Assembly: GCF_046119375.1 (NCBI RefSeq) | Contig: NW_027362765.1 | Span: forward strand, 485,708,001-485,772,000 | Reading direction: 5' to 3' | From: Phyllobates terribilis | Lineage: Eukaryota | Length of the DNA stretch: 64,000 bases | The notes under the pieces: generated by a model | The model's database searches: none | The model's input: only the letters and a program-made list of their open reading frames with translations | Told to the model about the DNA's origin: nothing | Shown here: positions 48,423 through 62,296 of the stretch, piece after piece | Numbering within the stretch: the first letter of the stretch is position 1 | Layout of the letters: every line of letters starts with the position of its first letter | Program-made: the position numbers and the translations under genes

Positions 48423-48497
48423 AGGCGTTGTCAGGTCATATGATATTAATGAACTAACCCTGAGATAGGTCATTAACACCATGACCTGAGAATCCCT
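48423..48497. mobile_element. 75-bp minimal T2/Kolobok-type MITE
   Basis: TTAA|AGGCGTTGTCAGGTCAT ... ATGACCTGAGAATCCCT|TTAA. Confidence 0.7.
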
Positions 48498-49195
48498 TTA
48501 ATTCCAGTAATTCATGGAATCTTAAATTGGCCATACATTTTAGATAAATGTTGGTCATTTGGCCATCAGCTATTCCTCCAGACCTCGTCATGCACATACA
48601 TGCTCACCGACAGCGCTGGTATTATCGATAGGAAGAAGCGAGTCCCACAGCAGATTATGTCCCTTTACAACAAAGACTCATCATATTGAAATTCAACATA
48701 TTCAACCCTTCTTTCTCAAAGTCAGGACATCACCATACAAATGAGAAGGTTTACGTTCCTGCCAAAATGAGTGGGTTTTGGCCGACATTCATTTAATATG
48801 TATGTCTGGTTACCTTTAAAATCAAACCAAACACAACTTAGTGAGTAACCATCATTTTAATTTATTGCATAAATCAACAGTAAAACTAAAATAAAATAGG
48901 AAACCTTGTAATACAGCTTATCTGAGAAATTCACTACTTTCTCCTCCTGGACTGATCATTCATGATCGAAATTCTAAATTCAAAAGTAAAATGCGTCTTC
49001 AGTGAATACAGATTTTACCATTACCGAGATAGGAGAGGGCAGTTGGTGCTTAGAAGATTCTGTGGAGAACTGTAAGTCTCATTTCAGCAGAACTTCCAGC
49101 AGAATACCAGTATCTGCCTCTTGCTCCTCCATAGAATATTAATAGCACCAACTGCCTGCTCCTATCATAGTAATGGGAAAATCTTTCTTAACTAA

Positions 49196-49540
49196 AAGCA
49201 CCACTCCAGCAGTTTTTTTTTTTCCACCGCTGGAATGGTGCTTTAAACTTAAGTCCCCTGTCACCCTCCGGCGTGTTCACCATTTTCTGGTGCCGCTCCA
49301 GTCCCGCGGCACCATTTTGTGAACGCAGCCGAAACTCAGAAGTTACTTCACAAGCTCTCAATGCAAGCCCATGATAGCCAGAACAAGGTTCTCATAGACT
49401 TGCATTGATTAGTGACCTCAGGATCGCTGTATGAAATACTAGAGCAGCCGGCAGGTCACAAACTGCAGGAGACGGGGACTTGAATTTTAAGCACCACTCC
49501 AGTGGTGAAATAAAAAAAATAGGCTTGAGTGGTGCTTAAA
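49196..49540. mobile_element. MITE whose two ends are each self-complementary (AAGCACCACTCCAG...CTGGAGTGGTGCTT)
   Basis: The motif occurs as a hairpin at 49196-49250 and again at 49487-49540. Confidence 0.6.
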
Positions 49541-49647
49541 TACAGATTTTACCCATGAATTGAGAGTAAAAAAATCAAACCAGGAGGAGAAAAAAAGCTA
49601 ATTTCTCTGATGAGATATATTATAAAGTTGCTTATTTTCATGTGTAT

Positions 49648-49916
49648 GGGTGGCACGGTGGTGCAGTGGTTAGCACTGCAGCCTGGCAGCGCTGGGGTCC
49701 TGGGTTCAAATCCCACCAAGGACAATATCTGCAAGGAGTTTGCATGTTCTCCCCATGTTTGCGTGGGTTTCTTCCGGGTTCTCCAGTTTCCTCCCACACT
49801 CCAAAGACATACTGATAGGGAATCTAGATTGTGAGCCCCGATGGGGACAGCGACAATAATGTATGTAAAGCGCTGCGGAATATGTTAGTGCTATATAAAA
49901 ATAAAGATTATTATTA
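49648..49916 (+). mobile_element. Full-length V-SINE (tRNA head, V-domain, L2-like tail)
   Basis: A-box TGGTGCAGTGG, B-box GGGTTCAAATCCC, V-domain GGAGTTTGCATGTTCTCCCCATGTTTGCGTGGGTTTC..., tail TAGATTGTGAGCCC...GTAAAGCGCTGCGGAATATGTT, (TTA)n end. Confidence 0.88.
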
Positions 49917-51270
49917 CTGTTGATTTATGAAATAATAATTAAAGTTACTCTTTAAAAAAAATAGGGTTTGACTCTAATTCATAAGTCAGGCATGGAGAAG
50001 AAAATTAAGAGAAATTTGGTTCCCAAATATTCATCAAACAAATCTTAAAAACTTATTTACCCCAACACTATATTTCTGTACTGTCAGGGTCTATTATGTA
50101 AGAAAATAAGAAGCCACAGGAAGGAAGGATAAATCTACAGCTGAGGTGAGGCACTGAATATGTATGCCTCTGCTAATCATTATTCTCGATGATTTTACTA
50201 ATCACCTATTTCTGTCTACAGACAGTAAATAATTCATGGCTTATACATATGCCCTTTAAACGTCTTACGCTGACTAGAATGCTAACAAATGTCTCCAGGC
50301 CATTTCAGTGCATCCAGCAGGTGCAATAAACCAGACTCTGTATACCTGATGTACAGTAGCAGCCGAGACCATAGATACAGTTATTTTGTCAACAAGCCTC
50401 TCTGGATACTATTGTTTGTCTGTTGAAATGATACATTGTAGACTCCGTTTCAGCTTTTTCTTTTTTTGCATAAAACATAACAAGACCACAGAATCCCATT
50501 CATATGGTTTCCAGCACTCCTGTTCACTTTCCAGCTAAAGCTTGTTGCATATTTATGGGCCAATATGACGACTGAACCAATAATTGCACCAAGAAATGAC
50601 GAGATAATGAACGATAATGACTATATGAAATGCTTGACATCATAGGAGGAGAATGTCAACAGAACTGGAATATTATAGGAAGGTGACCCTTTCCTATAGG
50701 ATAAGCAAACCTGCTGCTCACAGCTGAGCGTGTCTGAGGATGTGAACATGGTAATAACATGATTTATTAATTTAATTTCCTGACATATGTAAAACACTTA
50801 TGGGACATTTCCATGGGACTTTCCGGAGAGGAAAACGTGTAATGGCAAGTAATATTGCTGCAAATCAGATATAAAATCTACATCTCCGGTCAATTTAGGA
50901 TGCTGATGTTATTCTCTCTGCAGAATGGATGAGACATAGGGAAACCTCAACCATGATGCTGCTACTGCTATGTGCAGCGGATTCTCTGCATGTATTATTA
51001 TTTATTATATGTATATATTGACATGCTGCAGAACCCCCAGCGTTTGTCCATTTACACTGTGGATATATTTCAGAGTATTTGCATGAGACTTCTTAAAATC
51101 CCAAGCACTCTGCTGGCATTGAAATGGTGCATTTACGCTGACTGATTATTGGGGACGAGTGTTCCTAGGAATACTCGTTTTCAGATTATCGGTTTTTCTA
51201 AACAGGCTGCCAATCACCCGACAAACAGGCAAAATGCCTATTTGTCAGGTCAGATAATTTTTAAGCTTAA

Positions 51271-51547
51271 AGAGGTTGTGCACTACTTTAACATTAATGA
51301 CCTATCTTTAGGATAGGTCATCAATGGCTGATCGGTGGGGGTCCGACACCCGGCACCCCCACTGATCAGCTGTTCCCGATGCCGGCGGCAGCCAGGAGTG
51401 CACAGTTATGGAGCTGCTTCGTCTCCTGATAGTGGCTGTAGTTGGGTACTATCGGCAGCTGTGCCGGCCATCGCAACCCCAACAATTAGACATTGATGAC
51501 CTGTCCCTGAAGATAGCTCTTCAATGTTAAAGTAGTGGACAACCTCT
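51271..51547. mobile_element. T2/Kolobok-type MITE, TTAA TSD
   Basis: TTAA|AGAGGTTGTGCACTACTTTAACATT ... AATGTTAAAGTAGTGGACAACCTCT|TTAA. Confidence 0.85.
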
Positions 51548-51672
51548 TTAAGAATAAAAATGCTCGGCAGCACAAACTTTTGGTAAACAGAACATGTGCT
51601 GCCGAGACAATGGTATTCTATACACCCAGAACCATCATTTTGTGCACATAAGAGATCACTTGCTCTGAATAC

Positions 51673-52008
51673 CAGGGCTGTGGAATCGGAGTCTGAGTCA
51701 TGGAGTCTGAGTCGGTGTCCATTTTGGTGGAGTCAGAGTCAGATAAAATGGACAGACTCCAACTCCTGAAATATATAATAAATTGGGTACAGTAGTTCAA
51801 TGCAGTTTGTGGGGAATATTTTTTTCATAAGAATTTGGGAACGTTATGAAATGTCCTATAAATGTCTGTCCTATTCCTGATCTAAGGGTCTAGACTTTTA
51901 GCGGAGATGAATCTGTGCAACAGTAAATTTATCATTTAAACATGAGCCATGTATGAGGGAGTCGGAGTCGTGGAGTCAGTGGTTTGGCTTACAGACTCCA
52001 CAGCCCTG
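51673..52008. mobile_element. hAT-type MITE, same family as 14522-14822
   Basis: CAGGGCTGTGGAATC ... GACTCCACAGCCCTG with shared internal sequence; TSD is eroded. Confidence 0.75.
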
Positions 52009-53009
52009 CTTAAACAATTGCCAACCGGCTTCATAGAAGGTGATAAGTGGTCGTTTAACGGCAGTGGGTCAGCCAGTCAACCTGCACCATAAAATGCAAA
52101 TTTTCCACCATTAAATACACAGCAGAAAATCCATTGTGTTCTCGCTATGTGGTATCTTACTCTAATACATGGATTACGCAGTGCGGCTCAGCTGCTTGAG
52201 AAGTGAATGAATGGCCCTATATGAACACGGCTTTATTTTATCCCATCCAGATCATATGATTGGATCAAAATATTAGCTATAAAATTATGCTATTAGATAG
52301 TGGGGTGTGGAAAATTATCCTTAGAGCCTTCTCTTGGCGGTTTTTATTTTCCACACTTTAGAGCCAAACCTATTGACATCAATAAGGACGACTTTCAGGC
52401 ACAGAACCTTCATTAGAACGCAAATCTATTCAGCATTGATCAGAAACATGCTAACGCTTCCTGTCACCCACATTCAGTGAAGGTGGTCACAGGTAGTATG
52501 CAGAATGCCATGTAGCCAGCTCACAGGAGGCACTCGCTGTATACCCACTGCACAATGCTACAGCTGACAATAGCTGACAGCTAATATGAGCATTCATAGC
52601 TAAATCTGCTCCTGTCATGTGATGGGCGCTCAGCTCCTGACAATATAGAGCCCAGGCAGCGGTATGTCTACACAGAACTGATTTCCCACTACTAAATTTG
52701 CCACAAAATCCTCATGATTTGCTGTACATTTTGCCACTGCAGAAAATTTTTTAGGAATACTGCAGGTTTGCCGCAGACTTCACTCTCAGCATTTGATGAA
52801 AATTTGCAATGAAAATCTGCAGCGTTAATTTACACTCTGTGGATTGAAAATCTGCACTGCAGGTTAACGCTGCGAATTTGTGATGCAGCGCGTAGACTCG
52901 ATTTGTAAAATTTTTAACCTCAATGCTACTACTTAAATACATTGCGGATATTTCACCTTCAAATGTGTGAAGAAATATACACAGCATATACACTAAATGG
53001 GAACATACT

Positions 53010-53420
53010 CTGAAGCCACAGCATATACGCAACATGGGAACATACTCCAATAGCCACAGCATATATGTAACATGGGAACATACTCAAATATCCACAGCAT
53101 ATATGTTACATGGGAACATACTCAAATATCCACAGCATATATGTTACATGGGAACATACTCAAATATCCACAGCATATACGCTACATGGGAACATATGTT
53201 AAAAGCCACAGCATATATGTTACATGGGAACATACTCGAATATCCACAGCATATATGTTACATGGGAACATACTCGAATATCCACAACATATACGTTGCA
53301 TGGAAACATACTGTATTAGCCACAGCATATACGCTACATGGGAACATATGTTAAAAGCCACAGCATATATGTTACACAGGAATATGCTCTAAAGCCACAG
53401 CATATACGCTAATTGGGAAC
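53010..53420. repeat. 38-bp minisatellite, about 11 copies
   Basis: Unit TCCACAGCATATATGTTACATGGGAACATACTCAAATA. Confidence 0.92.
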
Positions 53421-53526
53421 ATACGCTAAAGCCACGCGTACACATTTCACACTACAAAGTTAATGTTTTCAAAACCAAACTAGCATGTAGCAGAAAAGAT
53501 CCACAAATAAGAACATAGTATGCTTA

Positions 53527-53786
53527 GGGTATGTGCACATGACGTCTTTTTCAAGTGGATCTGTCCCAAAAACCTGCCTGAAAAAGCGCTTAAAAATGCT
53601 AAAAAGAATTAACGTGTGTGTCATGTGCTGTGCATATGTTCAGTATTTTTTTTTGCTTCATTTAACCTCTTCAGGCTTCATTGTATACATAATGAAAAAA
53701 AAAACGCCTCAAAAGACGCCCAAAAAAGCTTCAGAAAATACACCGTCGGCGTTTTCTTCTTACAAAATTCCTCTGTGCACATACCA
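53527..53786. mobile_element. Harbinger-type MITE, TTA TSD
   Basis: TTA|GGGTATGTGCAC ... GTGCACATACCA|TTA. Confidence 0.7.
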
Positions 53787-56700
53787 TTATTCTTCTGCAA
53801 GTAAGCCATAGATTTTCACCTAAAATGTCATCCCATCAAATGCTTTTAAAGTTTTAGGGTTAAATCTGTGGACAAATTTTCCCAAATTTTTTTATGGATT
53901 TGCAAGCAAGTGGAAATCAGCAAGATTTACACAATGATTTTTTCCACTAAAAAAAATCTCTTTTGGATTTGTAGGATGGCAGAAATCTGATCTTGGGATT
54001 TCTTCTGCAGATTTGTAAGCTCGTGTTATGTACTGATGTGTTGCAGATTTTCACATAAATAAGTGACACTCAATGTGGCTAATCCATTTGGCTAATAAAT
54101 GGCACAGCACTTTTTCTTTTCGCTAAGTAGACTTCTAGTCTGTGTTGCATGAACTACGATGCAGATTCTCACTGAAATGAATGGAAGAGGAATACACACA
54201 TATCAGCATGGAAAAATGTATTCTGTATCAATATGCCTTACAAAGTTATATATCTATGTGATCATCACATTACCAGGACACACATTTATCTCTTGGATGT
54301 AAGAAGGTGGTCAACATAGAATAGCTGCAATTCATACCTTTTTTGCAGAAATCCGGTTTGCAATCTTTATAAATCTAGTGTAGAATCTATACGCAAATTA
54401 GGCGGGAAGTGAATTGGGGCGTATCATTGCGCTTGGAAGGAGCAACCCCAGTGCTTTGACATGCCCCCAATGCACTTCCAGACTGATTTACATTTTTTTT
54501 TACATATGGAAGTAGTGGTAGTGGTCTATTAAGCTTTTCTACCATCTCCCCCTAAAAAATATATTTTTTTACAGGTTCCCTTTAAAAGCAAAGACGCAAC
54601 TGCGAAGTGACCTCAGCCTAAAGCCCATTCATTCATCATCCTAACACATTTCTTATCAATATTGTATCACTTTGAAATGAAAACAACAAGAGTGATAGAT
54701 CATTCATATAAATTATGTATTACATTGCTGCGGCTCCAGCTTATATCCCATTCTCCAGCTTCTATTGAGTCAAGGGAAAGTGGTGAGGACTAATTGTATC
54801 TAATGTAAGCTGTTCCATACTACTTAGTGCCAACGTGATCTTTTCCACACATAAAACACAAGTAGAGGTGTTTTATAAGGTCATTCAGGATTTGGTGATC
54901 AGTACATTTACCCATGGATTTATGGTGTGAACCCAAACTGTATAGGGTTGAGCACAATATGTAAACTTTCAAAGTCAATTACACCTCTGTCGGAGCCAGT
55001 TTGATTTTTTTAAGGGGTGTTCTTGTCAAACACTGATTGGTGTGGGTCTCATCACTGGGATCCCCCTGGCTTAATGACTACGGCTAGGAGGAGTTAAACA
55101 GTTTCATCGTTCAGGATGCTGAAGATCTAGAGATGGAGTTGAGGGCTGAGCTTAGGTTTGGCTACCTAGTCCTACAGACTAGGATAGAGTGACCGGAGAA
55201 ATGCGTGACCTTTCATGTCATTCAACTCCTCCTGGACGTGGTCTTACAGCCGGGACAGAACCAAAACGGAGCAGTGGATTCAAGCCCCCTATTCTGGCAA
55301 TCAGTGGAAGTTCAGTGGGACACACAGCAATGTAACAGGGGGCAGGCAAGCACTGGGAAACAGCAGGAGAAATTCATGTTGGGAAGTTCTCTCTCATATT
55401 CTGTATGTTTTGGGAGTGCTCTGTGATCTGTACAGAGGTCATTGAGCAGGTGAAGGGTAAGGAAGGAGGAAGTGAGCAGCGACCATTACCTATTGAGAAT
55501 GGGGGATCCCTTTTTATCTATTGTGATAGATCGGCTTACTCGGCTGCATATAGAGGTAGACACAGGAACAGTGCACTGTCTCTTTAAATCTTCCACTGGT
55601 TTATTAAAGGTACTGCATAAACCAGTGCAACGTTAGCAAAAGAAACACTGCCTTCCTGGCCTCACAGGAAAACAAAACATAACGTTATGTGTTGTAGGGG
55701 GATCCGCCTGCTCAGGAACAAGCAACAAAAGGTTCAGTTTTCCTTAACATAAAAATACAGCTCTGGATCTTGCACCTCCAAGCACACCCACCACCGAATG
55801 AGCTAGATGGCCACAGTTCTACTATCAGTATTCGGTCAGTAATTTTTCTCAGGAGTGGGAGACAATACCAGGAGTGGGTGATAAATGCAGAATTGGTGAA
55901 TTGCTTCTATTATACCTTTTCTCTGATTGTACCTCACCTGGTTTTGGCTCCCACTGCTGAGAAAAAATACTGACCGAATACTGATAGTGGGGCTTTGGCC
56001 GAAGGCTGTGTATTTATCCTCTAGACTCCTCTCACTCGATAGCTGTTCACTCCACTTAGCCCTAAACATGGCCGATTAAGCCCTCTCAGCACTTAGTGTG
56101 CTGGAGTGTTTTCCTAGGTTCAAATCACTGAAGCCAATAACCTCAGTGATGCATATCTTCCCTCCAGTACTTTGCCAGTGACTTTGACACACTATATATA
56201 TGTATTACTTTTCATGTGTTCTCTACAGAATGGGCTCAGTAGTCAGCGTAAAACAGCAAGATTTCAAATATATTATTTTTAAGTATAGATAGTGACAAGG
56301 AGGAAAAAAAAGAGTAACAATTTCCAAAACATATGTTCAACATAAAAACTTGATTTAACCAATAATAATTAGTAATAAAGAACCTTACGGGCATCCGAAT
56401 GTAACCTAAGCAATGGTGTCTACTGTCTGGGCTGGTCTCACCAGCCATAGTCAGTTGAGGAGAAGGAGAGACCCGTCCAGAGAGCAGATGTCATCGCTGA
56501 AGTTGAATTCAGATGCCTCAGGGACTCAAGCGGCATCCGATTGTGATATTCGAGTTAGTGCCGAGGATCCAGATAGTACGGTTTTGTGATCTCTGGCTGC
56601 ACTACGTAGACTGCACACCGCAGATAATCATATATTAGTAACATAAATAGCAGCCAATATGGCTTTTTAGAAGGCTCTTCGTAGTGCTGAACAACTCTTA

Positions 56701-58789
56701 ACTTATATAAGTGATCATACAAAATGACCACCTTATTTGTTTGTCGCAATCCTAGTACAAATCACGCCGCATGGTCTGGACTTGGGTCTCCGGACCTGAA
56801 CTTGAGAACCTCATATATGCCTATGAGGCCGTAGAGTTCGGGTTGGGAGACCCGTGACTGGACCATGCATGAATCACAGACTGACAAATGGATGTGTGAA
56901 TGCGGCTTTAATGTATCTGTCGTGAAAACAAGCCGTTCAGACATCACTACGGTATGGCCAGATATATGGACTCCACATATTTCACTGAAGAGATTGGGAG
57001 CAGATAAAAATAGTTTTGCAAACACATCTGGGAGAGGGAAAGTGGTGGGAGAGCCAGAAGAAGCCTGGTAGAGACATGTACATGAGGCTCATGCCATAAA
57101 ATACGTGAGAAAGAAGAATATTTATCACAATGCAACTTAAATATTTTGAGGTCTGCAAAACTGGAGCCAGCACGGCTGTGAGAAAGTGCAGGGTTTTCCT
57201 CCACAAACTGCACTCTCTAATCACCACCAACATGAAAAACCTGGAAACTTCCAGAGGGAAGAATGTTGGATTCAAATAACCTTGAATTCCTTTAATTAAA
57301 AACAATAATACATTTTGTAGAGTTCCAGCAGCTGTGGTGATCAGAATCAGCGTGAGACAGTGAAAAGTGCACATTTCTGCTCCCCACACTGGACACATCA
57401 AGGGCCCGATCCATCATTGCATTTGTGCCTGCTTTTTGTAAAGTTTCTGGTATTTTGCACCAAATGTATTAATCTTTACAAAAAGGCTCTAAAATTGGCT
57501 TAAAATGCTCCCTAGTCGTCCCTGGAGCAACCTGTCATACACCAGAAATTGACCAAATTTTTGCAACATTTTGAAAAAAAAGGTCAACTTTTTGCTCTAA
57601 AAAGCGCAAAAACAGCTAAGCCAGAAAAAAGAGACTGCTTTTGGCTCATGAACCGTGTGCACCATTTTGGTGCATTTGACACAAAAATCGTCAACAAAGA
57701 GCACAAGGTAAAATAATAAAAGTTACTTAAAAAAACCCACAAATGATGAATCGTACCCCAAATCCTCTGCTTATTGTAACTTTGCATTTTAAAGGAAAAT
57801 ATATAAAGGTTGTTTGTATTGGTATTTAAAGGGAACCTGTCACCAGACATCGGATTTAGATACTGGCAGCACAATTGCAGCTAGGTACTCTGAAATGCTG
57901 ACTGACAGGTCTCTATCTACATATACACATAGGGAGAGACCTGTCCATCAACTAGTACCAGGCAGAGAGAAGCTGCCAAGAAACTGCCGCAGAGTAAAAC
58001 ATACCTGGATGCAATCGGACAGCCAGTGTCTGATTCATGTTGTGCAGGGCTCAGACAGCATTAATCTGATGACCGCTGCCCTTTAAAAGGTCCCTGTACT
58101 TTCTGATAACTTCACCTCATTTGAATCATAATAGGTGAGAGTGATAAGTTTATATTGAACGCTGTATTGGATGGATAACCAGTGCACTGACTGGCACAGG
58201 TTGGAGGCATCAGTTTAGTGGTTGGAAAGGAATATGATCATGGCTGCTGCGTTCAGGACGGATTGGAGAGGGGAGAGCTCAGTAAGAGGGAGACCGATCA
58301 GTAGAGAGTTGCAATAGTCCAGACGAGAATGAATAAGAGCAACAGTAAGAGTTTTTGCAGAGTCAAAGGTAAGAAAAGATCGAATTCAATAGTAACAGTC
58401 GAGCAATAGTAACAGTTTTTCATCAGTGGTGCCCCAGTCAAGCTTTTAATTGCTGCTGTCAAGCAATTGAGAGGGACAAGGACTCACTGAGGAACCAGAG
58501 TGGTTTGAACATCAATAATCCAACATTTATCGCCTATCCACTGAATAGGTAATAAATGTTTTTGACCACATTGTCCTTTTAAAAATAATTAAAAACAATA
58601 ATTCCCACCATAACGTCTCCTAAGTCCTCCAGGATCGTTCCCCCATAGAAAACACATGAGCAATAGTGAAATTACTGTAAGTCCCTGGGTCTCATCGGTC
58701 ACAGGACTACACCCATTTATGAATTGTAGTTATTGGCAGCGCGATCAAACATAACGTCACACGAGAGACGGACATGTTATGTTTTGCCT

Positions 58790-58862
58790 ATGGGGAGATC
58801 ACACCTAGAAACAGGTGTACAAGTCATCATTCTTTTGCCAGTTTTGCTTTTAATCCCATCAG
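58790..58862 (+). CDS. Candidate signal-peptide (leader) exon MGRSHLETGVQVIILLPVLLLIPS+G, phase-1 donor
   Basis: ATG with G at +4, hydrophobic core VIILLPVLLLIP, perfect donor CAG|GTAAGT. No downstream exon was identified in the window. Confidence 0.3.
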
Positions 58863-59929
58863 GTAAGTAACTATCCCCATCTCTGTAGTCTGCACAATGC
58901 TAGGATGCAACTCCGATCACCTACATGACTGGGTAGCCTGCCAGTACCTGCAAAAATAAGTCCCACTGTCCTCTGTTCAGAGGAGGAACACAGACCAAAA
59001 TACCGGGTCTGGATTCGTAAAAAAAAGCCTCACCTACCACTAGTTCTGATATTATATAAATGAACCAGGAAGATCAGGATGATCTTCCATAGACATGTAT
59101 AGTAGGCACTGCTGTCTTTATAACTGGAATAACTTCCCAAAAAATAATCGCTCGGTATACGGCTCTGTGAATGTATAGTCCCTAAATTTACTATTGATCT
59201 CGTCTACCACTGTGTACGCCGCTCCATGTACACCGCTCATGCAGGAGCTGGGCACTTGAGAGTGGTAGTTTAACTGATCAGTAGGGGTCTGAGAACTGGG
59301 ACCCCCACCGATAAGCAAAACTACTTAGAATGCATAGGCCCAAAGTGATATTGCCGGTCTTGATGAGGGTAGATGTGGGAGTCAGACGCTCCTGATTCAT
59401 CCAGAGACGCACGCCACTAAATGAGTCAGGGTGCCAGATGAGTGGCATGCACGACGCCACTAATGTTAGTAAAATTTCTGGCATAAACACCACAGCTTGT
59501 CAATCATCACACCTACATCCAATCTCCTCCCATTTTGGCAGAGCTGTGAGAAACTGGCGTGAAAAGTCACAACATTTTTAGAGTACGGTAATTTATGCCA
59601 GAATTCTTGCCAAATTGCTTGGATGAATCCCGGCCATAATATATAAAAAGTTTTATAAAGCAATAGTTACACTTTATTGGGTTATTCTCATCATGTGAAA
59701 TAGGTACAATTGTAAAGTGCTTGTAAAAACAACTTAGGAATTTACTTGATGTTAAAAATTCGCTCTTTTCACAGAAATGGAGTGGTTTTACATTTTTTAA
59801 AATTTACTGCTTCTTGCCCAAGTTACCTGCCAGTCCTATTACCTTCAGCCAAACATGTGCATTGCTGTGTTAGCGCTGCTCTGACGCTGACCAGATCGCT
59901 GGAGTACATGGTTATCTCCTAATCTGGGC

Positions 59930-60250
59930 CTCTTCAGTGCTCCCCTGCTCCTCTTCAGTGCTCCCCTGCTCCTCTTCAGTGCTCCCCTGCTCCTCTTCAG
60001 TGCTCCCTTGCTCCTCTTCAGTGCTCCCTTGCTCCTCTTCAGTGCTCCCTTGCTCCTCTTCAGTGCTCCCTTGCTCCTCTTCAGTGCTCCCCTGCTCCTC
60101 TTCAGTGCTCCCTTGCTCCTCTTCAGTGCTCCCTTGCTCCTCTTCAGTGCTCCCTTGCTCCTCTTCAGTGCTCCCCTGCTCCTCTTCAGTGATACTCTGC
60201 TCCTCTTCAGTGCTCCCTTGCTCTTCTTCAGTGCTCCTCATCAGTGCTCC
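59930..60250. repeat. 21-bp minisatellite CTCTTCAGTGCTCCCCTGCTC, about 15 copies
   Basis: Directly visible; the source of the EEEQGST ORF. Confidence 0.93.
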
Positions 60251-60727
60251 TCTGATGCTGAAGAGGCAAAGCTTGCAACGTCAGAGAGTTAACAGTTTGC
60301 GCTGTTGGTTTGAACTGTCAGTAAAGCCGGAGCGCACTGCCCCCCAGCAAGCAGGAAGGCGGGAAGCAATGTGCTCCTGTACAGAAGAGGAGAGGACCCC
60401 TTTAAGTAACACTAAACCTAGAAGTGACTGATAAAAGGTAAACATGAGATAAATGCCCCCTCCATATCTGCAAATAAATTCTGCAGAGATCACAGGCTTA
60501 ATGTGATCATCTTTTATCATTTCTTGCTGGTAGATTGCTATATGGACTCCTATTGCAAACAGAGCAGTGGGGGAGGCTCCATCTGCAGTGTGTACAGTAC
60601 AGGCATACCCAGAGCTGGGAGGAGGATGCGTTCTGTGAGCATTATGTGCTACGGGTTTCTTTGGGAAACTCACTATTAAAATTGTACAATTTCCCTATTA
60701 GATCTGTGCGAGATCATGAAAAACTAA

Positions 60728-61123
60728 GGCTATGTTCACACACGTTGTGTTTTGCTGCGTATTTTGCAGCAGATTTTTATGCAAATTTTCAGCTGCGTCT
60801 GGCAGTACCAGCAAAGTCTATGAGAAACCAGAATTCTCTGTTCACACATGTTGCTTTTTGTTTGCTGCGGATTTTCTGCCTTCCTTGTGTATTTGGAAAA
60901 CAGAGCATGTCACTTCCTTCATCGTTTCTGCAGCAGAAAATGCACCTATGTTTTTGCTGCGTATTTGCAGCGTTTTTTCACCCATAGGAAGTAATGGGTG
61001 GCCAAAAAAACGCAGCAAAAAACGCACCAAAACCTGTGCTTTTTATGCAGCTGTTTTCCTGCCAGAGAAAAGTTAGCAGCAGATTTGCAGCAGAAAAAAA
61101 CACAATGTGGGTGAACAATAGCC
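60728..61123. mobile_element. Harbinger-type MITE
   Basis: TAA|GGCTATGTTCACAC ... GTGAACAATAGCC|TTA; interior related to 24597-25069. Confidence 0.8.
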
Positions 61124-61342
61124 TTAACAATCCATTGGTTGCGAATGTACTTTTTATAGCGCCCCCTGGTGCTCTTGTGATTAACACATATATATTTTTT
61201 AATATCTAATAGCAGTATATCACACTCTTGGTGCATGTTCACATCACATTTCTTGTTTACATGTTTAGGCCAGAAAATATAATGATATTCATGCTCCACT
61301 ATTCCATGTGGCCTCTGTCTGGCCGGTATACATCAGTATATA

Positions 61343-61518
61343 CACTGGCGGACAGAGACAGAAAAGGGCCCCTGTGCAAGAACAATATATGGGCCATTTG
61401 CAGCCCAAGAGCTCCTAGAAATTAAAATTGCACTTGCTTTGGAGATGGAAATGGACCCCTGTAACTCTTGGACCCCGATGTGGCCGCACAGGTTGCACCA
61501 ATGATATGTCCACCCCTG
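61343..61518. mobile_element. Small hAT-type MITE
   Basis: CACTGGCGGAC ... GTCCACCCCTG; reverse-complement relative of 19989-20155. Confidence 0.55.
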
Positions 61519-62296
61519 AGTAGTAGCAAAAATGAAAGTATGGAATAGTATTGTTGCACTATGCCAACCCAGGAAGTCCAGTAAAAATCACACACCCTTT
61601 TTCTTTTTTAAATTCATGTATTTTGAACTAAAACAAATTTTTACAATTGGGTTTCATTTCCACTTAGCACTATTTGGCTTTTACAGCTTCTTGTCTCCCT
61701 GCAGCAAAATAAGTTAACTGAAAATCCTTCAGTGAGCTCCTTCCGGAGGGAGTTAGTAATTCTTATCTATCTTTTTCTGGACTCCTCTGTGCTCATTTAC
61801 CACTATAACTATAAACACCATCAAAGTTGAGCTTAACTTTCATGTGCTCGTAAAATCATCTAAGAGTAGCTCGGAAAAATACAGATAAAACAGTTACAAA
61901 CTCTTGTTAGACTGAGCCCATTGACGGATACTTAGAAAACTCGTTTTGCAGTAAGCAAGTCACAGAAGGCAAAAATGTGCAATTTTTTTTTATCAAAACC
62001 AATTGCAAAAATAATTTTTGCCCTAAATATAACAAAAAAATGTTGACCCCTGAAGATGTCCATATCCTTTAAATGTACAAAGCAGAATTTTATGTTTTAG
62101 CAGGAAGCTCCGCCACAAATCACGCCTGATCAACCACAGCAATATGTGAGGAGGCATTTGGGTTAAGAGGGCAGAATGGAGACAGATACCGAGGAAAAAA
62201 GAGAACGAAAAGGATCAGGACTCCCCAAAATTACTGAGCAGAAATGGAAGCCTGATCTGCTAACACACAATATTACATATCACATTTACAGGGAGG

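Noticed and set aside
56982-57401. 139-aa hydrophobic ORF resembling a GPCR fragment
   Set aside because: No DRY/ERC, NPxxY or other conserved receptor motif at sensible spacing.
59912-60241. Acidic EEEQGST-repeat ORF on minus
   Set aside because: 21-bp minisatellite; in-frame stop shortly upstream of the ATG; no convincing splice sites.
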